A DNA stretch of 60,000 nucleotides from Malacoraja senta (taxonomy: Eukaryota). Below are positions 12,301 through 23,480 of this stretch, piece after piece. How positions within the stretch are numbered: the stretch's first letter is position 1; the number at the start of each line of letters is the position of its first letter. A program made the position numbers and the translations under genes. A model generated the notes under the pieces. It had not been told where the DNA came from, did not search any database, and saw only the letters and a program-made list of their open reading frames with translations. Location: contig CM075994.1 in NCBI GenBank assembly GCA_038087875.1, positions 4,962,001-5,022,000 on the forward strand, read 5' to 3'.

Positions 12301-13520
12301 AGGATAACCTTTGTGTATCCGCTTGTGTAATGCTCCAGAATTCGTAAGCGGTCACTTTCATAAGTAGTTTTCAAGTCCACTCCCTCCATGAACTGGTCAA
12401 GACCCGGTTGTTTACATTAAGTTTTATCACAGATACCCTGGCTCCGTGCTAGTGGTGAGTCGGGAGACCAGATATTCTCTGGCTGTAGATTTGATTTACC
12501 TGCTGATTCCAGCTCAGCATCTCCTTTACCTATTATGGAACTTTTCTTCCGGGATGCTTTAGAGCCGCTCCCTGAAGTGATCTTCCAGCTTGAGGTGAGC
12601 TGCTTGGCCTTTGTGTATATTTCGTGATGGCTGCAAAACGATGCGTCAACGTCATTGAACTTGCTGATTCACCTCTCATATCTTCTCTGGCTCGGATCTT
12701 CGTGGCTCTCCTGTGGCTCTTCTGCTTCTCTTCTCTCTTCTGGTTCCACACCTCCCTCTTGTGGTGTATCTTCGTACTAACCTGCTGAGCCCATAATGAC
12801 TAAATAATTGGCTGGCAGCTAGATTGTTATACGGACATAGAGCATGAGGTCAGAAAGGTCTGTTCTGCTTCTTCAAAACAAGCATTAGCGGAGCATGTCT
12901 TATGTTGTCAAAGTTCAAAACATCGTTATTTTGAAGTTCATGGCTCAGCACTTGCTGCCATATCTTAAAATTAATGTACACAGGCTTTCTGGCTGCCTTT
13001 AATATTTCTAGGCTGTCCCTTTAAGGACGTGTGACGTAATCATGTTTCGACACAATGACGTGTTTACGTAAGACCTATTGACGTATGCTCCCAGACTAAA
13101 TTTCAAACAATGTGTTGCTTTTCTTCACAACAATCCTCAGGAATTAAAAACATCGGATTGCTTGAGATTTTCAATGCGGCTTCAATACAACATTGTATCT
13201 TATTTCGAAGCTGTTTTCAAGTCTGCAATGGCAGCCTTTCAAAAATACAACGTTTTGCTACTCATTACTCACAGATCTGGTGTTCCTTCGAAGTCTTCAA
13301 TCTTCGTGGCTTTTGATGACCCCGGTCCTGACCGTGTCCGTTGACTGCGACCAGCAGATTCTTTGATCCAGGATTTAAGCTCTGATCTCTGGCAGAGATT
13401 CACTCTTTTCTTCAGTTCCTCGCTTGGAACCAGTCTTTGGCTTACTGCCTCCTGGTAATGACTTAGTATTCTACTTACATAATGGCAGTGATTTTTAAAC
13501 GTTCTCAAAATCCAACTTCG
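9400..13520 (-). mobile_element. Degenerate, internally deleted BEL/Pao LTR retrotransposon
   Basis: Minus-strand motifs in order: gag EHFGNEHQIANAYMKK (~12240-12295); protease TYAFLD (~11405-11430); IDLLIRTNALKALEP; RT WYIPHHG...LRVVIDC...LLQGADLTNSL, MNVHLFGAVSSP (~10208-10245) and FYVDDC (~10103-10120); integrase-region CWILNGKSQ (~9487-9514). Confidence 0.85.
10742..10812 (+). mobile_element. Short LINE 3'-end fragment (L2/CR1-like) with (TTA)n tail inserted in the BEL element
   Basis: tgtaaggtgtcctagagac...aggcgcccttaaaataaaatctattattattattattatta. Confidence 0.5.
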
Positions 13521-14004
13521 GTAGCCATTAATAATCGGAGATGTTTTGAAGGTATAGCATTACGAACTCACCGCACTTTAGTCGTTTATTGAAGGGATAC
13601 AAAACAATTAAGTAACTCATAACTTTCCGTTCTTAGTCGCTGTCACGTAATATAAATCACATAAAGACTTCTTCTTATCATGGTATGTCGTCTCGTAACA
13701 TGTGTGTCGTATCATGGTAGAAAACGATTTCCCCTCATACTCCGACACAAACTAAAACTTCATATCTGCAAGTCTGCTCGTGACTCATCTATCAATAGAA
13801 CACAACCCTACTGCGTATCAAATCCCACCTACAAAAATACAGACAGATAAAGACTAAAATATTTGTAATAAAATGTTACACAGTGCTATAATATAATGAC
13901 TCAAGCTTAATGGATCCTACAAATATATTGGCCATTTTAATTTTTCAAGTAGTGAAACTAAAAATAACAGAGTCAGTGCAAAGGTCCAACGATATTGACG
14001 AAAT

Positions 14005-14445
14005 GAAGGTAGATGCAAAATAACTCAGCGCGGCAGCCAGGACCTCCCGATTGAAGTAATGGGTGACGTTTCGGGTCGAGAGCCTTCTTCAGACTGAGAG
14101 TCGGCGGAGTGGGAGACACAGTGCTAATGAATGTCGGGTGTGAATATGAGACATAAAAGAGGGCGGGGATCAAGGAGAATGGAGAATCGATCATTGTTAG
14201 CATTGTTTCCAGGACAACGAAGCATACACAGGTAACGAATACATCATGGGGACAGTCAGACCGGTCGTTGAACTATGTCTGATTTTCACACCACACGTTA
14301 ATTCTATCTGTGCCGCCCTCTCCTTTGCCTCTCAGGCTGAAGAAGGGCCTTGACCCGAAACGACACACATTTCTTCCACCCAGGGATGCAGACTGTTCCG
14401 CTGAGTTCATCCAGCATGTTGTGTCTATCGTCTATGTATAATTGT
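14005..14445. mobile_element. Two Penelope terminal fragments in opposite orientation, each with a hammerhead motif
   Basis: Minus copy cagtctgaagaaggctctcgacccgaaacgtcac (14063-14096). Plus copy ctgaagaagggccttgacccgaaacgac...ccgctgagttcatccagc (14337-14415). Confidence 0.75.
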
Positions 14446-14515
14446 GACGATAGAGTTCATCCAGCATGTTGTGTCTATCGTCTATCCTTCCTGCACAATT
14501 ATGACGAAATGTGAC

Positions 14516-15355
14516 TTTTTTTTGTTTTGTTTTAATAACATTTTTATTAGAAGCAAAGACATATTATGGTAAAAAACATTTCATGTATATCAATCATACA
14601 TTATTAATATTATCAATTTTGGATTGATGCAGCTATTTTTTTATGAATAGAAAGTGAGAAAGAAAGAGAGAAACCCCCCCCACAAATGTCAAGATAAAAA
14701 AAGAGTGGAATAATTTACTGATAATACATCATTGGAGATAGGTTCGTAGGTTATAAAGTATAACTTTTCATCTAATCCTAAGTTCAAACTGCAGTTAGGT
14801 TCCCGTGCCGAACCGATATACCCCTTCAAATAATCAATGAATGGAGACCATATTCTAACAAAAAGTTCTTGTTTGTCCATTAAGACAAGTCTGATTCTTT
14901 CCAGGTGTAGGGCCTCCGACATTTCCATAATCCACATTTTAATTGTGGGGGTTATAGGACCTTTCACAAAATTTAATATACATTTTTCCCAGTTATTATA
15001 CTGTAGTCTAGGAAGATTCTTTGGCTTGTTGTGAGTGTTATACTTTGTTCTGATATTCCAAGTATTATTCGTTTTAAGTCGGGATCCAATAATATTGACA
15101 ACTTCAGAAATTATTCTAAAAATATCAATCCAGAAATTTTTAATTTTTAACAATTAGCAAAAGTATGTGTTAAGTTAGCCTATAGATGCTGACATTTACC
15201 ACAAATAGGAGATATATGTGGGACAATTCTATTCAGTTTTGCTTTAGAATAATGTAATCTGTGTAATACTTTAAATTGTATTAAAGCATGTCTGTCATTT
15301 AACGAGCATTGATACATATATTGTATATTTTCGTCCCAAATATCTTTCGTTATAT
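14516..15355 (-). mobile_element. L1-clade LINE 3' fragment (ORF2 C-terminus, poly-A tail)
   Basis: CSLNDRHALIQFKVLHRLHYSKAKL...SPICGKC, FWIDIFRIIS and WIMEMSEALHLERIRL...IWSPFIDYL. AATAAA and an A-rich tail lie at 14516-14550 on the minus strand. Confidence 0.85.
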
Positions 15356-16846
15356 GTTACCTTTATGACATAGAGGAGCTCACACTCAAGTAGAGACTGA
15401 TGACGTGAAGTTCCAAAGTCGCAAGAGGTTCGACTATTGTTTGTTACGAAAGTATGATTATGAGTATGAGTATGATTATAAAGAATCGAATTTCATTTCT
15501 TGGGACAAGCAGGACATACCCTGACTGGACTAATGAAGTCAATGTCATTTGACTGTGCTTAATTGCAATCTGCGAAATAATTGTCGTGTATATTTCGTGG
15601 TGGCTGCAAAACGATGCGTCATTGCCGTTGAACATGGCTCCTCTGGGCTCTGCTAAGAGACCTGCCATCGCAATGGTAGAATAACAGATATGTGCTCATG
15701 AAGCGTCAGAACAGGGTGGACATTGCTGCAGTTTAGCTGGCTTCGAAATCAATAAAATATAATCGAATGTCTCTAATGCGCAACGATGTGCTATAAGCAT
15801 CAACCCGTTTTTCAGCAATAACACAAATGTAAATACTTAACCGTTTAAGCATTACATATTGAATTCAACCCACCACAATGTGAGTATTTCACATGACTAA
15901 AACCGGTATGTCACTGATTCGAAAGTAAAAAGTGATCAAAATGCAGTTACGTTAAATTGGATTGCAAACATCATTATGAATCTAATATTAATAAAGAAGG
16001 TTGTCTTCCGATTTAAATTCGCTGCATTTAGTCACCGCTTCCAGTCATATTCGAATAATATATATACTTACTTCGCTTCCTTTTTCTTTGAATTTGTCAA
16101 CCTAGATTAACTATATTCTGCATTTTGTTTAATGTCCAAAAGAAGATCACGTAGTCCCAGACTTTACGATGATTTATCCCCAGAGAATGTCTGCGAGCAA
16201 TTGTATATGGATGCTGTCATCTTATTGGAGGCACTTTTAGTAAGGCTTCATACAGCGCAGTCTGGAAAACGGCTTTCAGTGCATATCTAGAATGCGTCGA
16301 TTTCCCCATCTGTGTCGCAACAAACATGTGTGGATTTTGGAAGCCGCGTAAATATAAGAGCGTCAATGCGTTCGCCGGAATATTGGAAAGGATACGATGG
16401 GCTTTCTCGGATAGACCTCGGACCGTAGTTTGAGAGGACGATATGACTGTGCAATAACTATTGATCCGTATTATTCGCAAAAATTAATTGAAAATATCTT
16501 ACGAAATAGGGAGATACATTTCCTACAGCGTTAAATATGAGAAAATACGCTTTGTAACTTGTTTCACGATTTTACTTCGGAGTCACGTGAGTGACTACGT
16601 GAGAACCCCGTACAGCCGCACGTGCGTCATTACGTCAGCCGCATTGGTGCAGGCGGCCGGTTGGAGCAGCAGAGCTCCACCAGCGCGGTAAGTTTAAACT
16701 TCAGGCAAGTTTGTATTTCTTACCTGTTTTGTTTCCTTGCAGGAACCTCTTGTTCCAGAGGCTTCCTGCCGGGTTATTCGCGAGGACCGACGAGGGAACC
16801 AGCTATGTCTATGGGGAAACCCAGGTCCCTCCGCGGAAGCGGGTAG

Positions 16847-17547
16847 GTTAGATTAGATAGCCCTTTATTGTCATTCAGACCGAAGTCTGAACGAAATTGC
16901 AACAGTCATACATAAAACAACAATAAACACATATTAACATCCACCACAGTGAGTCCACCCAACATCTCCTCACTGTGATGGAGGCAAAAGTCTTAGGTCT
17001 GCAGTCTCTTCCCTCCTCTTCTCCCACTGCGCTGAGGCGATACCCCCCGGGCGATGTTTCCCGCGGCTCAAACACCGCGGCCCGGGGTGGTAGTCTGCCG
17101 CCCACCAGTCCTGCAGACGCAGCCGCTGGCCCGCGACCGAACCCCGGACTCAGGCCACCACCGCCAGAACACCGTCCCAGCCACTCTCACGTGAGTACCG
17201 TGCCGTCTTCAGCCTCGGGCTGGGCCGCCCCGACATGGGCGCCGAACCTCCCCCGGGCCGTGGCGGGCCGTTCCGACTTGGGCGTCGCTTCTCCCTCGGG
17301 CCGGGCCGCCCCGACTTGGGCGCACACGGGAGCACTGTTCCAGCCCTGAGCCGGACCACCCTCACGGGACCGAGCTTAGGGCGAGTCCTGACGGTCTCTG
17401 CCTCCGGAGCCTCGAGGTCGCCACCTCCATTAGGCCTCAGCAACCAAAAACTAGACTAACCAAAACGAAATAAACAACACAAAAAACACAAACAAACAGG
17501 ACTACCGATGAGCCGCTGCAGCCCGTGCCGCGCGAACTCTAAACAAT
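16847..17547 (-). mobile_element. GC-rich non-autonomous retroposon with a Rex1/Babar-like 3' end, nested in the DIRS element
   Basis: The minus-strand 3' end reads gcaatttcgttcagacttcggtctgaatgacaataaagggctatctaatctaa. Candidate TSD GGGTAG at 16841-16846 and 17548-17553. It shares a block with the element at 37.5 kb. Confidence 0.6.
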
Positions 17548-17618
17548 GGGTAGCTGGCGAATGTCGGGTTTCGCGATCGCAGTCACTGATAAGACGGTCA
17601 GTGACTGCCAGACGCCGT

Positions 17619-17850
17619 GGTTCCCGGGTAGGGGACATGCAGCAGACCAGTCGGGAGGTTTTCCCTCCGATATAAATATACACGCTGGGGTTCCCGGGTA
17701 GGGGACATACAGCAGACCGGTCGGGAGGTTTTCCCTCCGATATAAATATACACGCTGGGGTTCCCGGGGAGGGGACATCCAGCAGACCGGTCGGGAGGTT
17801 TTCACTCCGATATAAATATACACGCTGGGGTTCCAGGGGAGGGGAAATCC
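17619..17850. repeat. 70-bp tandem repeat (~3.3 copies) within DIRS
   Basis: ttcccggg(t/g)aggggacat...ccgatataaatatacacgctgggg recurs at 17621, 17691, 17761 and 17831. Confidence 0.9.
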
Positions 17851-18155
17851 AGTAGTAATGCGGCTCCCAGATGAAGGGGTCCCCAGGATAGGGGATAAAT
17901 AGACCAGAACAGTCAAATCTGGTGCCGGAAGGGTTTCCCTCCGGGAAGGCAAATAGACGCTGGGATTCCCCGGCAGGGGGAATTCAGCAGGAATGAGGTG
18001 CCCAGACCGCAATGGTCCCCAGGATATGGGGTAAACGGCCCAAAATGGTCAACCGTTGTGCCGGGAGGTTTCCCTTCCGGTAATAAGAACATTTGGAGGT
18101 TAGCCAGGAGGGAGCTCCATCTAGATACACTCCAACAGCAGGAGTTAGGTCAGGG

Positions 18156-18630
18156 GCCTTGGACAGGGCTGCTTAATGGGGATACCGAGCCTGCGGCAGT
18201 GTTGGGCATATGGGAGAGTCCGCGCCAGCAGCGCCTTGGACAGGGCTGCTTAATGGGGATACCGAGTCTGCGGCAGTGTTGGGCATATGGGATAGCCCGC
18301 GCCAGCAGCGCCTTGGACAGGGCTGCTTAATGGGGATGCCAAGTCTATGGCAGTGCCGGCCTATGGTAGAGGCCGCGCCAGCAGCGCCTTCTTACAGGGC
18401 TGCTTAATGGGGATCCCGAATCTATGGCAATGCCGGCCTATGAGAGAGGCCGCACCAGAAGCGCCTTGTAATAGGGCTGCTTAATGTATGGCAACAGCAC
18501 CTGTAGTAGGGCTGCATAATATCTCCCTCAATGGAGGAGGTAAGCTTACCGAGGCAGTTTTATTCTGACCCTGAAGGGTGGGCCAATTGGAGAGGCCGCG
18601 CCAGCAGCGCCTTGTAACAGGGCTGATTAA
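18156..18630. repeat. 77-bp tandem repeat (~4-5 copies plus partial units) within DIRS
   Basis: gccttggacagggctgcttaatgggga...ccgcgccagcagc recurs with a 77-bp period (ggacaggg at 18161, 18238, 18315; diverged copies beyond). Confidence 0.88.
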
Positions 18631-21600
18631 TGTCTCTCTTATGGAGGAGGACAGCATGCCGGGTCAGTATAATCTGACGCCGAGTCTAAGGTTCTAGCCG
18701 TGGAGCATACCCCAGGGGATGTAGGGCACGTGTCAGAGGTACCATTCCTGGCAGCAAGGTTCCCATCCCAACACAATGCAGTGACCACCGCTATCAGAGG
18801 CGTTAGAGCCAGCTGCCGAATATTCTATTCAGGTAAGACCTATTCAACAGGCAAAACCTGGAGGACGAAGCACAAGCTGTTGGACCAATTAAGGCCAACG
18901 ACAAGCAAGGCTTCATAGTTTCGGTGACAACGCACCTCACGTCTTCATGGGCAGTAAGCGGTTCACTGAAGCTGGTGGCAGCATGAAAGTTGGCCAGATG
19001 GTCCATGCACTGTACCAGCTCTACTCTACAACTAAGGTACCACTTACAAGTTGTTAAGATTTACACTTGGTTGTACAATACACAAATGATTAAGACATTG
19101 TTATCTACTCAGAGGCAACTAAGCATGTAAAACTGGACATTTCTAACATTCCAAGCAGGTTGGAATTGGGCCAGAATTGTGTTGAGGCAGGCTCAGTATT
19201 GTAGCAAGGATTGCCTTCGAGACAGGCTCGGAAATATGCCAACAATTGTCTTTTGAGTCAGGCTCAGATTATGGCCAGAGTGCCTGGCACAGGCTGAGTA
19301 TTGTGGCCAGGTTTGGCTTGCAAGACAGGCTCGGGAATCGGGTCAGAGTTGCCATTCAGGTCAGACATGAAATGATGGCAGGAGTGGCCTGTTCATTATG
19401 AAAGATTGCTGATTAACAACTGATTTCATAGGGTGTTCCCATTTACAGTGACCATCGGAGATATTTGGAGGTATTTCTATGAGGAGGCAATATAACAGTA
19501 TGATGACAATAAATCATTCAAAGAGGACTACTTCTAGTTCAAAAACACTTGTTATGTATTGACTGGATGATATTTTAATGCTGTATTTTGCTAAAATCCA
19601 CTGTTTCTGTCTCAAACTATATTTGAGAAATTGGGCTCCTCTATCCAGTTAACATGAAGTTGTTATGAAAAGGACTAGTTGGTAATTGGGGTTTACCTTT
19701 GGCTATTAGTTGGCCTGTGACTCCGCTCTGGGCAACAGATTGGAGTCAATAGAAACCTGGAACAGCCTTTTTGTTATAAGCAGCTTTCTATTCATTAGAC
19801 TAATTGGCAATGTAATAGATGTGATGCAGCTGTGCAAGTGGGAGAACTGAGGGCATGCTTAATGGCAAACTATTAAGGGCCATGAAGGTCATTGATAACA
19901 CACCTTTGCTATTACCAGCTAAAGTTGCTAAAGTCACTATGATGGACAAACAGTTTTCAGCATTGCTCCAGTAGTTGATCAATAAATATGCCATTATATT
20001 GCAAAATTATGCTCATGGCCTAAGGTGGGACATTGCAAATGTCATCTCTAGTTGGAGGTGAAGGAGATGTGCATGAGTTATTAATTCTGCAGTTATTGAT
20101 ATCAACTACCTATACACCCTACGTGCATTTTATGGGTTAAAGAGTGATTGAGCGAATATGCATATCTGCATGCTCAACTTCATGTTGATACACTATGATG
20201 GTGGCATATGATAAGCACGGCAATCAAGTAAAAGAATCCTGTAATAGGTACATAATCTCATTTGCCACTGGAGTATCATCAAGTACAGATCAATGACAAC
20301 ACAGAATGGGTGTTGGACCACACCGTATTTATGACATTCTGATTCAATGCAACACTGAATATAGATACATTGTTTTCATGCTAATTCACAGGTTGCAAAA
20401 ATGTGTGGCATAACAGTGGCAAAAGATACATTCTCGCTACAAGCAGGAGGAATGGTTTTTTATGTCTTCCTCAATTTTGCTTCATGAGTCGTGTCTTCAA
20501 ATAAAGTAATCAAGAGCCCGCTTTAGGTTCCAGCTGTAGGATTGGCCTATGCAGTTTGATTACCGATTTGTCGGGAATAATAATAATGCAACCTTATTTG
20601 GTTATTTTAAACGTAACTTGCAGGTTCAACCTGTGGCTGAGGAAATCAGCAGTTGCATGATAAAATCGATTTATGTTCTACAGATTCTCAATAGACTGCC
20701 TACGACTTGGGTTGTCACCCCTATTCTTGTATGTATTCAGAGTGCTGGGATAGTACCAAAAAGCAGTACTTTGCTTCTTCTGGATTTGTGAAGAGTTTGT
20801 TTAATGCTCATGTTACATTTAAAATAGTACAGATTTCTGAACTCTTGGAGTTCATTTTGAATGGTCTTTGACAATATTGAGTTATAGGGTCATTAACTGT
20901 GCGAAGGTGCTTTCCGTCAGATTTGCTTCAGCAAACGAGATCCACTTTGTTGGGTTCACCCCAGATATCGAGTTAGTAATGGATATCTTTAACAAAAGTT
21001 TTCCCAGGACAAGTAAAAGGCACTATGGGAGGTTGACATTGTGTTAACACTATTTTCACCAGGGTGTTTCTAGCTTTGGCGGATCTCATTAGGTAGTTAT
21101 CCTCCTGGCGCTGGTTTAGTGCAACAGGACAGTCGCTACATAATTGCGACGGGACATGATGATTACATCTGTAAATAATATTTATAGTATTTCATGTTTA
21201 TAATTTACTTAAGCAGAGCACAAGGGGTGTCAGGTCTCAAAATAGGTCAAGGCATATCCAGGGACCTTTAGGTATGTGAGGGCTCATATATACAACAATA
21301 CGTCAAGGTCACCAAGAGCTTTCGATGGCTTTTAGCTAGCTATGATTGTTAGTTACAAAAAACGTTATAAGAACGTATCAGTTCAGACCATTTACAGGTG
21401 ATAAAACGGAGTTGAGTTATGCAGGAGTAGATACTGATTGCAGATCTCCCTCTACCAGGGCTGCTACAACAGCAGCAGCATCGGTTAACTATGTCAAGCA
21501 TGGTCAATAGAACGAATTTCCAAACATTTTATAATAACCCGTTGCCAGACCAGGGTATTTCTCAATCTCATTTTACGTTCTGTTTATAGGTTCCATCCGG

Positions 21601-22639
21601 ATGAGAGATGGGACTATTATGATTACTTCACTTAACAGCATCAGCATGTTTTAAATCTATGTCATGACTGTATGCATTATGACTGTTTTCCCTCATTTGT
21701 CAATGAAGCAGTTGTGGTTGTGTAGACTTGTTTCTCCCGGCGTGAAATCACAGAGCTTTGAAATCTTCACGCAATAACTCACGTGACTCCGAAGTAAATA
21801 GTAAGATTAAACGAGAACTTACCAGTTTGAAGTTTGATCTTTATTTTATGAGGAGTTACGATGAGGGAATGCGCGCCCTACCCTCCCAACCCTCATGAAT
21901 ATCATCTGGTAGTTCTAGTCTTCTCTCGTCTTACTATTTTACCAGTAACAATTAACTGTTATTTCACACCGTTGCTTTGAAGATTTACGCACGTGCGGCT
22001 GTACGGGGTTCTTCAGGTAGTCCCTCATCGTAACTCCTCATAAAATAAAGATCAAACTTCCAACTGGTAAGTACTCGTTTATTCTTACTATTTTCTTTTA
22101 ACAGTGCGAGTCAATTCAACTGCTATATATAATTGTTACTGGTACTCACTTTCATCTTTCAAACATGACAACATTATTTCTCGTTAGGTCGTATACTGTG
22201 CTAATACTGTGGAGCATGATTAATTTTGAGTTGTTGTCCGCGGATGTCACCTGTATACTTGATTTCCGGAGTCAAAATGGTCCATAATATATCTTCTCTA
22301 AATTAATGGCTTTGGTTCCCTCCGCTCACCCTCCCCAAACAATTGGTAAACATGTCTTACCGACATCTTTGCGATATGCTTGTATTTGTTCTATTTCTAA
22401 AAACAAATATTAACAACAGTTATAATCACATTTTCAAATAAGTCAGTCATGAGTAATCTGACATGTGTGTGTAATCATGTGCTGCGCATAGTTTGACTAT
22501 AGACATTCTATGCACTTTGTTCATGCAATCATCCACTTTTACAAATCGGTTGTGCAAGATACGTAGACGTTCTTTAATTCCAAATGTGAACCTGCATCGA
22601 CAGATAATAATATTATTGTCCCGCCCCCTTACCTGACAT

Positions 22640-22725
22640 CAGTATAGACCAGAAACATCACCCATTCCTTCTCTCCAGAGATGCTGCCTCACCCGCTGAG
22701 TTACTCCAACCTTTTCTGTCAACAT
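22640..22725 (+). mobile_element. Degenerate Penelope terminal fragment
   Basis: gaaacatcacccattccttctctccagagatgctgcctcacccgctgagttactccaac is homologous to the Penelope 3' ends at 2660-2730 and 50715-50785. Confidence 0.65.
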
Positions 22726-23177
22726 TCGACTGAAAATAATATTCGCTTTTCCCTTTAGTAGAGTACATCTACAGTATTTCACTGCACGTTTAATTGCATG
22801 AATAAAGTATTATATCAGGGACTTCCAAGTATGTTTCGTGTTTCACAGACAACTAAAATAATAATTTAAAATACAAATTATGACCGTGCAATTTCGGGGA
22901 AGATATTCATATTTCTTCCTGGAGAATATATTCGACTATTATCTGCTATTTTATCGTGATGAGACATTAACACTCTAAAAACCCAATAAAATGTTCCATT
23001 CATTCGGTGTGGAGCCTTGTAGATTATCTGCAAGTTGTTCATAGAATAACTCCAGCATTCTGCGCTAGCTGCTTTGCTCTAGAAACCAAAGATTTACTAT
23101 TGATCATGTTTTCATCACTAGCAACCAAAATAACGCAATATTATTTACTATAACTTACATTGACTGTATTTACCTTC

Positions 23178-23480
23178 AGCGGTACAATGGCACAGCTTAT
23201 ACAGCCGCTGCTTCACAAAGCCTGGGACCTGTGATCCTGAACTCAGATGTTGTCTGTATGCAGTTTGCATGTTTTTCTGTGAAATTTATTCTCGGTGCTC
23301 TGGTTTCCTCCAACGACCCTACGCAAATCCAGGATAATTATCCTCTGCAAGTCTCCCCCCTGTCCCACTCCGCAAATTAGTGGATGTGGTAGTAGAATCA
23401 CTGCGAACGTACGTGAACGGGTGATTGATTGTAGGCGTGAACTCGATGGGCCGAACTACGTATTTCCATACTAGATGGCT
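23178..23480 (+). mobile_element. tRNA-derived SINE (V-SINE/HE1-like)
   Basis: Head gcggtacaatggcacagc...gctgcttcaca; central tgtctgtatgcagtttgcatgtt...ggtgctctggtttcctcc; CR1-like tail actcgatgggccgaa...tatttccatact. Confidence 0.7.

Larger units (their letters stand above)
16569..22094 (+). mobile_element. DIRS1-type tyrosine-recombinase retrotransposon, structurally complete, coding region decayed
   Basis: Inverted termini (16594-16627 vs 21987-22021). The internal complementary region 21777-21868 matches both ends, and ATTTT occurs at both junctions. Decayed motifs include RT LDDIL (~19563), a methyltransferase-like segment (~20360-20510) and YR (SVQTI, STRAATTA, FQTFYNNP; ~21370-21540). 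Confidence 0.9.

Noticed and set aside
16160..16480. CpG-rich stretch with open frames on both strands next to the DIRS left end
   Set aside because: No recognisable motif or splice structure.
17619..18630. Regularly spaced repeats that could be mistaken for a CRISPR array
   Set aside because: These are contiguous tandem units with no unique spacers, no cas genes are present, and the context is eukaryotic.
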